Shown: positions 36,542 through 50,882, numbered from the stretch's first letter. The stretch: 64,000 bases of DNA from Phallusia mammillata (GCA_965637545.1 OZ281495.1:21452001-21516000); one strand, 5' to 3'. The notes: a model not told the origin generated them from the sequence alone. Numbers and translations are program-made.

Positions 36542-39500
36542 ATGTCAATTTACATTAAGCAAAGCAAACGTTGCCTTGGGTAAGTTTAGCAACATTTTTA
36601 CATGTCATTCTGTTTCATGGGGCTTGGCTGATTTGTGTCACTTAGTTTTCAGTTGTTGGCAATCGTTTTTCTGATGATCATGGATGAAACTGAAGCAGTC
36701 GATGCTGGCAACTTTAAACGATGTGATCAAAGTGCATTTTGCCAGTAAGTAAAAATTTTTACTCAAAGAACATTTTCCTGTTGACACAGTGCATTAAGAA
36801 TGAAACTTAGGCTATCATATTCATTGGTGTGGAATTATGTGTGATGTTTTTATTATTAATCCAAAAATGTTTATTTGTGTGATGTTTTCTTTATTAAACC
36901 AAAAAAACTTGAATGGGTAGATTAAAACCTTCATTTTTCTTTGTTACTCAGGAGGCAAAGGAATTTTAAACCTGAGATCTCACCATATGTTACAAACATT
37001 GACTCTCTAAGGAAAATTGACAATAGTCATTTTGCTCTCGATATAACGAACACACAAAACAACAAGGCATTTGTTTTGGATTTATTCGCTTTGGAGGATT
37101 CAACTCTACGACTTAAAATTAATGAGGCACAACCTATTGCTGAACGTTACGAAGTTCCAAACACAATTGAAGATGTTAAAGCACAAAAGTAAGGAATGCC
37201 TTAAAACTAGATTATACTGGATTGAGCTTTTCTGCTGGTTAAAATTGTTATTGTTATCTATCTTGACTTGAGAATGTTTGACATTGGATTAAGCTTAATA
37301 ATTTACAAACTTTTTATATTCCAGTATGATTGCAGTCCCAAATCTGAAGAATGGTTCCATTGTTTTCCATCTTGGTGATAACACCAACATCCAAGCTGTG
37401 ATTTCATGTAGCCCCTTTCGACTAGATATTTATGATGAAAAAGAGCCTGTGTTCAGTGTCAATTCCAGAAACTTGATGCATATTGAACATCTGAGACAGA
37501 AGCCTGTTCCCAAACCGTAAGAATATGCAAACAAACCCCTAGAAAATCGTAGATGCTTGCTTACTTACTTTGCAAATGTTTTGAATGCTGCATGGATACT
37601 AGCACATTGGTAAATTTTAATATCCCACTGGAAGGGTTTGTATTAATAGAAAACTGTTTTTATTGGCAATGTTACTTGGCACTTTTGGTTTTTAATCAAT
37701 TTTGTTTTGAGATGTGCTCCACCAATTTTATTCTCGTTTTGGGTGATTTTCAGGTTTTGTCATTTAGGTTTCGATCAACTTCAGAATGGCAATAGAATAA
37801 TTGTTTGTATGCCCTGTTATAAAATGGTAATTTATGAAGATGAGTAAGAATGCTTTCATAGCTTTAGCAAAAGCTTGCACTGTACTAACATTATTTTGTA
37901 TGAATTAAAAGATTAATCTTTATGCTTGTTGTAGTCATGTCAAAAATGGTGGCAGTCTAACAACAGAGAAACCATCATCATCAGTGTTTCACACAATTTA
38001 CTGCACCTTGTTTTCTTGGTACATGCATGTTAGTTTAATGCAGGCTTCTTTAAGTTTTGCTGTTCCTTTGTTCAACAGTGTAGATAGTGCATGAATCTAA
38101 GTGGCATAGGGTTAAACATGTTTGGACTAAATGTTATTTTTTAGTCATGAAGAAAAAACAAAGCCAGAAGAACCAGAAAACCCCGACGAAGAACAAGCAG
38201 AACAGGTATGCAATAATAATTTCTATCGTGCATGGAGATGTAAAAGAAATACCCCCCAAACAAAATGGTTTTGTAACAGTTTATTGATAGTTTGTATTGA
38301 AGCAATAAATTTTGTATTGAAGCAATATTAAATAAAAATCTGTTTTATTGGTACATATTATTCTATTGTTTTACCCTCTTTATTTCAAAACTTTTTCCAA
38401 AAATGTGTAAAATATGTTAAATCATTGATTTACTTTGGAGATTTTTTATCTGGACTGGACTGCGAATTTGTTATTGTTCTGCAGCAATTATAAGACTAGA
38501 TCCTTTTAATGTTATATTTTCATAAATGTTATTCAAGAAATGTTATTGATAGTTTCAAGAATTGAAATGATCTGTTTCAGGGTGAAAATGAGGAAGAAGA
38601 TAAACAGGAAGAACAGGAGCCCCAGGAAGAAGAGAAGGAAGAGAGTGATCCTGATGATCAACCTGGAATGTGGGAGGAAACATTTAAAACCCATACAGAC
38701 TCGAAACCCAGAGGTAATTCTAAATTGCTTAAAAGTATGGACATATTTTGGAAATTACACTTATGACATATACACTATGTTAAACAAATTCTTTCTGTGT
38801 TACATTTTCAGTAAAACAAACAACTTAAATACAGAAATAAACAACAATAGTAATAATATCAATAACAGTAGAAATACACACTCTGTTTTGGTCCTCTTAG
38901 CGCCTTACAGCTTACAATGATTTGAAACTGGGTCTTTAGCTGTTTTTATCACAATAGGATTTTTTTGTATTTGCAACAAGATACACAATCTAAAGGTGTG
39001 AAAAAAATTGAAAATTATGCAGTTAAGTTTTTGAAAAATAACATAGTAGCAGATTAAATACTGTTTTATAATGAGTTTAAGTTAATAATACAACATGTAT
39101 TTTGTATCAGGTCCTGAATCAATTGGCCTGGATACATCTTTTGTCAACTTTGCTCATGTGTATGGCATCCCGGAGCACGCTGACAAAATGGCACTTAAAT
39201 CAACTGTTGGCTCCGAGCCATATCGCCTCTACAATCTGGATGTGTTTGAATATGAATTGGACAGCCGTGCTGCTCTCTATGGCTCAATCCCCTTTATGAT
39301 CGGACATAAGTATGTCTTACTGTTAATACAATTTTGCTATGTTTTAAAATTGCTAGTTATGTTTAGGAATGAATTATCCGGTTAACAGATAACCGGTTAA
39401 CCGTTTAACCGAAGAGTTTTTGGCTATCCGATATCCAGATATTTTTATGTCGGTTAACTGGATAACTAAAGAATAGTGCTGCATAAGCATTTTAACATAA

Positions 39501-42500
39501 TTTTATATGACACACAGTTAATGTGCAGTGATAGATGCAACAGACGACTTTGTGTTTATGCTAATTAATACAAATATTTACTTAGTTGTGCATTCACGAG
39601 AAAATTAAAGTCACACTAATAAAATAGAAAATGCATCCATTGTAAGGTGATTCGCTCGGAAGGATGAATTCTGAGATTCGAAAAAGAAATATATACTTTA
39701 ATAACAATGTTTGGGGCCTATTTTCGCTCAGAAAATTGACTGTTGGGCAATATGTGAAACAACTGATGTATTGTTCTTTTTCAGAACAACACTGCTTAAG
39801 TAGTAAATGCGTAAATTTGATATATATGGTGTACAATTATGAACACTAAAACGAAATCTCTGCCACTATTGGATGATTTTGTAATAGACTTGTTATTATC
39901 TGGTTAACCGGATAGCTAAATTCAAAATATTCGTATATATCCGTTATCCGCATAGTGGAAATTATTGATATCCGAACCAATCCTAGTTATGTTGTCAAAA
40001 GTTTCCTGATCCTAAAATCAGTCCTCTGCTATATGTTAGGGGCCTTAAGCGATTTATACTGAAAATGATCAAATTCACCCTTTATTATGTTTTATCCTGT
40101 GGTGTTGTAGGAACTGAAGATGCCAGTAAGGCAAAATATATATACCGTATATACTCGCGTATAGGTCGCAACTTTTTTACTTAGACAGACGAATCCGGTT
40201 AATCGCATCATCGATTTGCCAAGGGTATTTGATGCGATTAACCGGATTATGCGATAATCCGGTTGCTATGTAAACAGTACACGCCGGTTACAAAAGTGCT
40301 CATTTTCACTTCCCCAGCTGAAACAAAGTTGCAGTGACGCTCAACTTTGGCAACGGAGCAGTATTTTCTCTCTTTTGTTGCCGGGAATTGAAAAAATTGC
40401 TGCTCTCAGCGCAATACATGACGTCATGCATCCTAACTGTCGTGGCTATGGTGCAATCGCCTAAGTGTGTTAAAGAAACAGTAGAAACGCACACACACAC
40501 TCTTAACTGGCGCACACGCCACAGTTCGTTAGATTTGTGCTTTCTCTTGCAGTCAGGTTTATTTGAAAAGATATGTTACATCGCATCGTAGCTAAGCGGC
40601 CCAACATTTAAATTTGGGAACTTCCCTATGAAGACGGTTTATGACGTTTTAGTCTTGCCAGGCCTCTCGCCTAATATACACGTAAAATGGCCTGTTGTTT
40701 CTAACCTATTTCGTTTTCTAGTTCAAACCAACGCGTTAAGCGGCAAAGTGCTAGGTGCATATTTGTAAGCAAGCCCAAACCCGAAAGTACACGACCGAAA
40801 CCGGGTCAAACTTACAACTTTGGCACATTCTACAGCGCAAGGGCACTAAGGCGAGCTGCATCAGTTTCTATTATAACCCGTTATCCAATTGACAAAAAGA
40901 ATATTTGATTTTAGCAAAACTTTAACGACTCAGATTGTGGCGCTACTTTCTAGCTTACTCAGCAAAACTGCAGCTGCAAGATTAGCGTGACTGTCACGTG
41001 ATCAACGTGTGATCGTTGCTTCAAAAATGTAAAGCAGCAACAAATACTACAGGAATAAATGCCTTTCTTAATCGGTGTTTTACCTGATAAGTTGCGCAAG
41101 GTCACGAACAGAAGACAAAATATGGCAATCATTAGCACGTTACCAACTACGTGAATCTAAACAACATGGTGTGATTACTTGCGATCTAACATTTTTTACA
41201 ACCATTACGTGTTTGGCGGGTCCTGAACAATATGACAGAAAACATTTTTAAACAGTTGTTTTACATTTAACATTGTTTAAATTTCAATACAGTTTAACAC
41301 TTCGAATTTGGTGCAGTTCGCACTTGTAAGAAATTACAATCAGCGTCTTTGCCGGAACACCAGTTTCGTAATTTTAACATGTTGAACTCTTTATTTAAAC
41401 GCTTGATTTAAACTATTGGCGATTAGATAAGGCAATAAAAAAGGATCAATGTACGGCTGTGAGATACGACTCCTTGTTATCGCACAGCGGTACACTGAAC
41501 GCCCGATTTAATCTCCTAATAACTTTTCCAAAATATTTTATGGTTGAGACGTGTCATTTTCAACGTTATTGGTGTGGAATGCAAAAATGCATCTACGTCT
41601 TTTTCGCGTACATTACCTCCGGAGGATTTTACTATCATATCGTCGTTTTTTATTTCAAATACTCGGGCTGTTCCACTTTCACATAAAGATCATCAATCCG
41701 GTTAATCGCATATTTCGTGGAAAATCGATGCGAATATCCGGTTTATACGATAAACCGGTATGCGATTAATCGGACGATTTTCTTAACAAACGATGGGCGT
41801 AGGTTTGGGATTTTTAATTGTGATGCAATTAAACGGATTATGCGATTAACCGGATTCGTCTGTATTTAAAAAAATATATATAGGTGCGACCTATACGCGA
41901 GACATAAGTGCAAGTCGCGAATTGTAGTGGAAATGTGCTATCGAATACGGGTGCATGCGCTCGTGCACGCACATACCAATGCGAGACAGTCTCATGAGCG
42001 CACATGCGTCAGCTCAGCTTGCGTTGGATTTTCCCGCTTTGTTGAGAAAACATAGTTTTTCAGTTTCAATGCAATGCAGTTCAATGGTAAAAAACAACCA
42101 ATTGCACCGGTTATTTATGCAAAAAAAGCTAGGCTAAGGGCCTTTTAAATCCCTAGATTTTCAGTGCGACTTATGTGTGAGTCAACTCTAAATTACACTT
42201 TTTAAACACAAAACTAATAGTGCGACCTATACGGTGGTGCGACCTATAGGCGAGTATATACGGTATTCCATGTAAATTTATTAACTGATTCTTTTACTTG
42301 GAAAATATTTTCATTTTCAGTTAACTATAAATTGTATTTTTTAGCTCAAAACGCACTGTTGGCCTTCTTTGGCTGAATGCAGCTGAAACTTGGGTGGATG
42401 TGGACTCCACTGAAGACAACAAGGGTGTGCTTGGAACTCTGTTCGGTTATTTTGCTGGTGAAGAAGCTGTTCCAGAGGTAATTATAGCTGATGTACAAAA

Positions 42501-45500
42501 AAAATTCGGTCGATTTTGTTGTTGACATTTTTGTCATAACAAGGTGAATGTGCATTGGATGTCAGAAAGTGGAGTGATTGATGTTTACTTCATGCTGGGA
42601 CGCAATCCTGCTGATGTCATGAGGCAGTACACAAAATTAACTGGGACACCATATATGCCACCAATGTGGGCAACCACTTACCATCAAAGCAGGTAAAATG
42701 AACAATCTCAAGCTTGCATGCAAAATAGTTTATTTGTGGTAAAAACGTGTTGAAACTTTATAAACATGTCTTTTAACTATTCTCAAGGTGGAACTACAAA
42801 GATGAGCAAGATGTTAAAACAGTTGATGCTGGTTTTGATGAACATGATATTCCCTATGATTGTCTGTGGTTAGACATTGAACACACCGATGGAAAAAGGT
42901 ACATAGGAATGCTAATAGATGAACAAATATAAGCTAATTGTATCTAAAACGAATCATAGGTATTTCACATGGGACACACTGAAGTTCCCAGACCCGGTGC
43001 AAATGCAAAATGCTTTGGCTGCCAAAGGTCGCAAAATGGTTACCATTATTGATCCTCACATCAAAGTGGACACAAATTATCACATATACAGGTGTGTATA
43101 TTCATTACCTCATAAAAGCATTGACATGTTAGTAAATTGGTTTTATGTTGAACTTATTAGAGAAGCACAGAACAAGGGATATTTTATCAAGAACAAGGAT
43201 GGAAGTGAGTTTAAGGGTTGGTGTTGGCCTGGTGATTCAGCTTACCTGGATTTGACCTTGCCTGAAGTCAGGTTTGTATTAATAATTTTAATTTCCTTTT
43301 TTTTGTAATTTAACATGTATTGATTTATTAGTTTATTGTAGTTTCTGCATTTTTTTTTCTCACTTGTTGTGAACACATTTAAATCTTAGTAGTAGCAAAT
43401 TAAAAAAATTGCAATTAATTAATATCAGTGACAAAGATGGTGTCCTTTTGCATATTTACATATTGACATACTTTATGATATAATTTAAACTAATTTATAC
43501 ATTGCTGGTTTTATGTTTATAATGATGCAAGTCTTTAGCAAGTAATTTAGCATACACTGTCTAAAAGGTTGCTGGTCCCTGTTCTAATGCATTGAAATTT
43601 TCGCTGTTTAACATTAAACTGTTATCTTTCTAGGGATTGGTGGGCAAGTCAGTTTGTCCCAGAAGTTTACAAGGGTTCCACACTTAACCTTTTCACATGG
43701 AATGACATGAATGAGCCCAGTGTCTTCAATGGACCAGAAATTACTATGCACAAAGATATCATCCATGGTGCTGGATGGGAACATCGCCATGTACATAACT
43801 TATATGGAATACTACTGGTAAGAAAATAAAAAAAAACATGCGTTCAGGTTTCTTTTTCTGCAACACACCTCTATAATTTTGTCCTTAATTTTCAGCAAAT
43901 GTCAACTGTAAAAGGACAGCTAGCTCGTTCTCAAGGAAACGAAAGACCATTTGTTTTGTCAAGAGCATTTTACATTGGAACTCAGAAATATGGTATGTTG
44001 GATTGCAGCTCCAAGGATCAAATGTTTCTGGTATAACGTTAGATTTAATTTACAGGGGCAATTTGGACTGGAGATAACACAGCTGAGTGGGGTCATTTGG
44101 CAGCAAGTGTGCCAATGCTCTTATCAATTGGATTGTGTGGAATAGCCCATTCTGGAGGTGAATTGTGTTTTTATAGTATAGTTTGTTTAGTGTGACTTAA
44201 TTCCCTTGGTATTGGTTGTAAGTTTAATTTTCAGTAACTTTTCGCTCTAGTTAGAATATTGGCAGTGATGGATTCAATTTTTGTCAGCCGGTTCTGTCAC
44301 AAAAGTCATATTTTTCAGCCGGTTCTGTAACAAGAAGTCCATTGACAGTAACCAGTAATGCTAACGTGTTTGCTGATCTCATAAAATTTCGTGAGACCAT
44401 TCCATAGAACCGGTATGAACCGGCTGAATCCCACCACTGTATTAAGGGTATAGAGTAGAAACTGATTCAACTTTCAGTTGAACATGACATGTAGTTATTG
44501 CTTGTTTGAATTAGGGATGTGCCAAAACTGCAAATGTTCTGTTTGGTCGAGCACCGAGCATCTCACTTTAATGCTCGGTGCTCGGCCGAGCACGCTCGGT
44601 GCTTTATGACGTCACAAAAAATCCCCTTTCTACATTTTAGCTCTGCAAGGTCTCTTACGTCACCGGCGGTGTTTTATTGAGCTGTACATGCCCGTAAAGA
44701 ACGTGTTTTTCCACAATCTAATACATTTGAAAAATCATTCGTTTTTTTGGATACCCTTTAGAACACTATTTACGTATGTTAGCAGGGCATGAATGTGCAA
44801 ATTTAACGCTCGGGTCAGTTTGTGCAACTGCTCGGCCGAGCACCGAGCATCTAAAACAGCGATGCTCGGTACCGAGTACTCGGGTTCTGGCTCGGCTCGG
44901 TCCATCCCTAGTTTGAATGCAACCCTTCCAGAATCATTTTGAAAACACCTCTGCCAATAGATTTAGCTTTTATTTTCCTCCTAGTTAATACCTCTTCTTT
45001 TTTTGGACAGCCGACGTTGGCGGTTTCTTTAAAAACCCGGATCCGGAAATGCTGTCTCGTTGGTATCAAGCTGCCGCTTATCAGCCATTTTTCCGTGCCC
45101 ATGCCCACATTGACACGTCTCGTCGTGAACCATGGTTGTATGATGACAAATACCGGGACATAATCCGAGCTGCTATTCGCGAACGCTACGAGTTGCTGCC
45201 CTATTGGTGAGTGCCATTTTGTACGCTTGTTGTGCATTAATTTCAAATGCCTGATTCGCTTGTCGTTCGTTTCCTGATCAAGCGGCCTGCTTTTATAAAA
45301 GGCCCTTGAAAGGTTCAAAGTGCTAAAGGTCGAACGTTAAAATGCTGGTTAATCAATGTCAACTGAAAATATTTTAACGCGTTATCAAAAAGTATACTAA
45401 ACAAGTAACATGAAATTTATGTTACTTTGATTAAACTATCAAGGCAATTATTGCCACCCTTTGTCTGCGTAAGAGGTTGTGGTTATTATTCCAATCCCGG

Positions 45501-47377
45501 ACTTTGTATTTTGTAAACGTGTAAAACCTAAGCAGAAACTAAACTTGACTGGTTGAACTAAAAAGCAGCTCCTTAGCACGAAAGTAAACAAAATTATCCA
45601 ACAGTTATTCGAGTAACTCGACCGGCCTCCAGCATACCAAAACAATTGTATTATGAAGGGGATTGGAAAACAGCCAGTCAATGGTGTCAAGTGAATAGAC
45701 TCGTTTCGTTTGTAGGTACACACTCTTCTTCCAAGCTCACAAATCTGGGGAACCACCGATGAGACCCCTTTGGTACGAATTTCCAGCTGATGTTTCAACA
45801 TTTGATAAAGACGACTCGCACATGGTTGGAACTGCTCTGTTGGTGCAACCTGTATCAAAACCCAACACTCAAGTCACCTCAGTGTATCTTCCAGGTATGC
45901 CCATTAGTAAACTGGTAAAGTGATGTGTATTGCTCTAATGCAGGGATACACAACTAAAGTGGGGCCGTGACCTCAAAATTTTGCAAATCCTCTGGTCTCG
46001 TATTACAACATGTTTAAGTAATTACTTGTATTATGAAAGGAGCGTATTTATATCCCTTTTTCCAGTTTTACTCTTTGATGAGTTTGACATTTTTTACTTT
46101 GGGGCAACTTACATACTTTGTGTTTATTTGTGCCACACTTTGTAGGCTAAAAACGCACAATAATGTTCAATGAATGCCCGTTATAACAACAAGACTATGA
46201 TGGACATTTGCAGTTTTATCGTCCATCTGATACATAAGATATCAACACGATACCAAAGCGAAATTTTTGCGTAACAAACATAACTGCAAGTTAAGTACAA
46301 AATCGTTTTTGTCAAAGTAACAACATTGGCTTATTTGCAGGAGCAACTGGATGGTTCGATGTGAAAACTTACCAATATTATCCAAGTCCAAATACAGTGT
46401 CTATTTCGACTCCATTGGACAAGGTAAACCAAGTCGTCTGTATGGAAATTTGGAGTTTTTTGTCAAAATCTTTTTTACTGTATTTGGTGGCAGCAAAATC
46501 CAAAATTCAAAGAATAAGACGTTTGTAATAAAGTTATTTCAAAAACATAGATTTCGAAAAAGAAGAATATTCCCTAAATAGCAGAAATAATTTTGATACA
46601 CTTTGTCTCAGATCGCTGTACTTCAACGTGGGGGCACCATAGTTCCACGAAAAATGCGAGTTCGCCGTTGCTCTGCTCTGATGACTCACGACCCATACAC
46701 TCTGTTTGTGGCTGTTAGTCCCCAGGTATGAATGTGATTAATTAAATCCCGCCCCATTCTAAAACCATTCAATGCAAATGATGTCTTTGGTATTAGGGTA
46801 CGGCTGTAGGTCAGCTGTACATGGATGATGGACATACCTTTGGATTCCAAAACTTGAAGTACAATTACAAGAACCTGTTGTTTCAGAACAATGTGCTGAT
46901 TTCCAAGTAAGTTTGTATTACTTTTTTTCTCGTTTGGCGTCTTTGGCCCCGTTTTCCGATATTGAGTCATTGAAAATCGAAAAATGCCTTCCTGCTGACT
47001 AGTATGTGTCTTTGTAGATCTGCAAACCCTGATGCATCGTGGGACTCTGACGCTTGGTTGGAGAGAGTTGTTTTTATGGGTGTTTCACGACCGACTAAGA
47101 TCGAGATGACTGTCGGTAAGTTATAGCCGTTTTACTTGTTAACCGTTTTTGCCATAGTAATAAATTAGTATTACAATTTATTTTTGTGTTGGTAAGTCAA
47201 ATCCCACACTGCGTTAAACTTTTTTGCATGTTCCGAATAACGAGCATTAAATTTGTGTTTTTTTCAGACGGTCAAGTTCACCCACTCGAGTTTTCATATG
47301 AGAGCACAACGCGAGTGCTTACAGTACGCAAACCTGGTGTGAAAATGCAAAAGGACTGGTCTATAGCAATCCAGTGA
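36542..47377 (+). CDS. GANAB: Neutral alpha-glucosidase AB (glucosidase II alpha, GH31), multi-exon
   Basis: Signal peptide then [140 protein letters not shown]; stop TGA 47375-47377. Confidence 0.96.
39364..39985. mobile_element. hAT (TAGG-ended) MITE in a GANAB intron
   Basis: Ends taggaatg / ccaatccta; perfect TSD gttatgtt at 39356-39363 and 39986-39993; taaccg/atccg subterminal repeats. Confidence 0.85.
40145..42263. mobile_element. Tc1/mariner-superfamily (Tc2/pogo-like) non-autonomous element carrying a nested hAT element
   Basis: TIR ccgtatatactcgc / gcgagtatatacgg, TA on both flanks; gtgcgacctata subterminal repeats. Confidence 0.85.
40186..41862. mobile_element. hAT-like non-autonomous element nested in the Tc-type element
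   Basis: TIR cagacgaatccggttaatcg / cgattaaccggattcgtctg; flanks tacttaga / tatttaaa (6 of 8 match); cgattaa/taaccgg subterminal repeats. Confidence 0.8.
44263..44439. mobile_element. hAT MITE in a GANAB intron
   Basis: TIR cagtgatggattca / tgaatcccaccactg; gccggttc repeats; TSD not intact. Confidence 0.75.
44512..44910. mobile_element. hAT (Ac-type, TAGGGATG-ended) MITE in a GANAB intron
   Basis: TIR tagggatg / catcccta; perfect TSD gtttgaat at 44504-44511 and 44911-44918; gctcgg/ccgagc subterminal repeats. Confidence 0.92.
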
Positions 47378-47467
47378 AAGCTTCTGCAAATCCTATTCTA
47401 ATTCGAAGCAGTTCTGTTGATATATTGCCTCCACTATATAGACCTTGTTTGCGATGCTGTGCCTAGT

Positions 47468-48972
47468 TTAGTTTAAAAGTTCAATTGCGTGAAAAATGGC
47501 CCTGTGGTGCTTATATTCGTTCAAAAGCTGTAATAGTTCATTTTTGGCCTCGACCTTCAACTTTTCGAAAATTTGTGACAAGTTTTGGTACGTGTTTTTT
47601 ATGCAGTAATTATGAGTTTGTTTACCATGAGCATTTTGAACACTCTGTCTGTACTGAAATCGTTGACCACAAGGCCCACAACGTCGTGCAATGAAAATGA
47701 CCAAACTTGTGATTGCTTGTGACTGGTTTTACATGCAGGCTGTTTAAATAGTAGGCCATACACAACTTTGTGCTTTCAAAACGAACTTCAGCTATTGTTA
47801 ATGCAACAATTGAGGGTGCAAAAAAGGTAGAAAACAACGACCATAAGAGCGATCTAGCGCGAAGTAGATAGTATTTAAGTTTTGTAAATCTGCTTTGTAA
47901 CGTGTTGTATAACCCCGAAAACAGGACCGGGACTGGACTGTTTACATTTTAAACTCTTTGGCTGCTGGTGCTGAAATTACATCTACCGAAAACAATTGGG
48001 GTAATTGGAATAGTTTACCTGAAAAACTGTGTTGTAGACCAGTGTTTCCCAACCTATGGGTCGCGACCCAAAGTTGGGTCGCTTGTTTCAGTGACAATAA
48101 GAACATCTACTTTTTGATTTCGCCTTGTAGCGTTATGTTTACATATATCTCAAGGCTTTAAATTGTTGCCCAACAATAATTTTATCACAACTTGTCATCA
48201 TAATGGCTAAAAATGTTTGTGACGTCATAAACTGATGTGTTAGCTCACAGTTGAGCGTTGTCTGGCTAATAATTCTTCGATTCAGCTCCAAGTCCTGGCT
48301 AAATGGAAATGTTTGGTCGAAAAAACAACACTATTTGTTCGTTATAAGGTTATTGATTTGCTAAACTTGCGTAGAAATTTTTAAAAAGCTTTCCGAATTT
48401 ACAGACAAAAATAAAACTAAAGTAGCATGTCCATGGATCGCGAGAAACCACTAAACAAAATTTTGGCAAGTATTTGGGTCGCGTCACAAAAAGGTTGGGA
48501 ACCCCTGTTGTAGACTATTGAATTTTGTTAAAATACTGATTGTCGGAGGAAATACGCAACGCAAACTGTAGAGTGTAGACCCCACCCTAAAACACAGGCC
48601 GCAGCACCTACAACAATGACGATAAAAAACAACATTATAATATGTCTCGTCAAGTCAACTTTCGAAGGCTTTTTAAATAGACAACTGTGTCAAATACATC
48701 CACAAGGTGGCTTTGCATCAAAGTTATCATTCAAACAGGGAGTTCACCTGTTTTTTGACAATTGATACTCGAGAGGGGTCGACGACTAAAAGCTTGAGTT
48801 GAGATTCCAGTTTTGTCACAACACAGACTATTCGGCTAGTGTTTTTTTCTAAGCCTTGCGTTGTGGTGTGTCCGATATGTAGGTTTGTAAGGGTATTACT
48901 TAGATGCTGTAGGAGTGTAGGACACGCATACGGATTCGGAAAAGAGTATCTTCGTTCCAACTTGCTGTGCAT
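47468..48972 (-). CDS. Probable multi-exon gene for a small two-transmembrane protein, unassigned
   Basis: Phase-compatible exons 48972-48932, 48684-48556 (RHIIMLFFIVIVVGAAACVLGWG) and 47853-47762 (SLLWSLFSTFFAPSIVALTIAEV) with canonical GT/AG; probable last exon in ORF 47468-47704. The 3' junction is uncertain. Confidence 0.42.
48040..48507. mobile_element. hAT (Buster/Charlie-type) MITE
   Basis: TIR cagtgtttcccaacct / aggttgggaacccctg; perfect TSD ttgtagac at 48032-48039 and 48508-48515; gggtcgc repeats. Confidence 0.92.
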
Positions 48973-49164
48973 TTTGTTGTGCTTTTTGTTGCTGACAGAA
49001 TCCTGTCATTTTACCGTTAAAGATGTGCTGTACATTAGAGAGTGAATGATTTACTAAAATATATCCATTTTGTTAATTTACAGGTGTCAAATAAATTGAA
49101 TAGTTATAGAACACACTATCTTCCTGTTCTACGGCTTTGTGTTACAAGACAAAATGCAATAAAA

Positions 49165-50494
49165 ATGAAGCTTTCATTACTTTTTACACATCTAAGAACA
49201 AATGTTTCAAAAAGGTAATGCTTGTCCATTTTAATGTTTTATTTATCATCTATATTGTTGTTGCTGCTGCCAGGTTGTAAATCAAAAATACTGTAGTGCT
49301 TGCTGGTAATTTATGTGTTTTATTTTTAAGGTCATTTAATACCAAGATATCCTGCAGTGTTGTGGAAACTTCATCGAATGAACCACCAATTGTTTTAGCA
49401 CATGGGGTTTTGGGAAATAAAAACAACTTTAATTCCTTGTCAAAACACTTGGTGAAACTTCTAGGAAGATCAGTAGGTTTTGTTTAAGTGACATCCTATT
49501 CAAACATAATCAAATTACTTTTCCTGTCCAGGTAGTTACTTATGATGCAAGAAATCATGGTAGCAGTGATCATAGTAATGAAATGAGTTTGGAGAACATG
49601 AGCAATGATGTACTGGAACTCCTTCAAAGGCTTGGAATATACAAATGTGTTTTGGTTGGACATAGCATGGGTGGACGAATGGCAATTCACACTGCTCTTC
49701 ATAATGTAACATTTCCAAGTTTTTAAAATATATTTTATTTGAACCCTTGTTGCGTTTTACAGCCAGATATCATAGACAAATTAGTTGTGGTTGATTCTTC
49801 ACCTGCTAGTTCATTCAGTTTGTCCACATCTAGTGATAGAGGCAAGTTGTCCATTTTTTAGTTTCGTTTAGGGCTAAGCCAACAGTCTTTTTATTCTCAA
49901 CAGAATCTGTTTTAAACTATGTAAAAGCCATGCAGCGAGTTACATGGAATGGGAACAAATCTCTTTCCACAGCTAGAAAGGATGTTGATCAACAACTCCT
50001 TGAGTCAGTTAAGGTAAGGATGTTTCTTGTATGCATTGTTAGGTTTATAAGTCACTTTCTAATGTGGCCTTTTATTAGGACTTTTCAGTTCGAAGTTTTA
50101 TTCTTACAAATGTGAGTGAGTTGTCACCTGGCAACTTTGGTTGGAGGGTAAACCTGGATGCAATTTGTAATCACCTTGTGCAGTCCCGACAAAGTGAACA
50201 AACTTTCAAAGGTTTACAATACAACAAAGACACATTGTTTATTGGAGGAGGTGCATCACCATTTATTGGGTAAGTGTCCAACTTTTCGTAACCAAAAAGT
50301 TTGAAAAAAAACAGAAAAAACAATTTTTGCTTGGCAGGTATCAAGATTATCCAATTATCAAGCAGTTGTTTCCAAAAGCTGTCATTTCACATATTCCTGG
50401 TGGTGGACATTGGGTACACAGTGAAAAGCCCTCTGAATTTTTACAGTGCATTGTATCTTTTATTAGGCCGACTGCATTTCCTGTTTTCAGTTGA
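49165..50494 (+). CDS. ABHD11: Mitochondrial alpha/beta hydrolase ABHD11, multi-exon
   Basis: Basic N-terminal targeting-like peptide, PPIVLAHGVLGNKNNF, DARNHG, LVGHSMGGR, LVVVDSSP, FILTN, GWRVNLDAI, LFIGG, GGHWVHSEKP; stop TGA 50492-50494. Confidence 0.9.
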
Positions 50495-50882
50495 CATAAG
50501 TAAATTGCACAAATATTTTCGTCGTATTGCGTCTGTGTGTTATGTGTGCTTGAGTTGGACAACCTTGCTTTTAACAACAAATAGCTTTGTCCTGCCAGGA
50601 TGATATGTGTCATTGCAGAGTGTTAGCTCACACAGTTTTATATGCCATTTAAGTCTATTGACATTTTTTTTGTTTCAGGCTATACGTGTGTGTGTTGCAT
50701 TTTGTTGTTGCAAATACTAGCTAATATTGGTGCATCCTTGGTTCAGTTTTGTGTTTTATTAAATTTGTTTTACCATATTAATACCAGTCTTGATAAATGA
50801 AATATACGTTTTTTTTGGCAGTGGTTTAAAACACTATATATAGCTAACCTAATATAAAGCTTGATAATACCCAAGATATTTT

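Noticed and set aside
40111-40125. Possible GANAB micro-exon (tgtag|gaactgaagatgcca|gtaag)
   Set aside because: It introduces an in-frame TGA; direct splicing to ~42346 gives the conserved [19 protein letters not shown].
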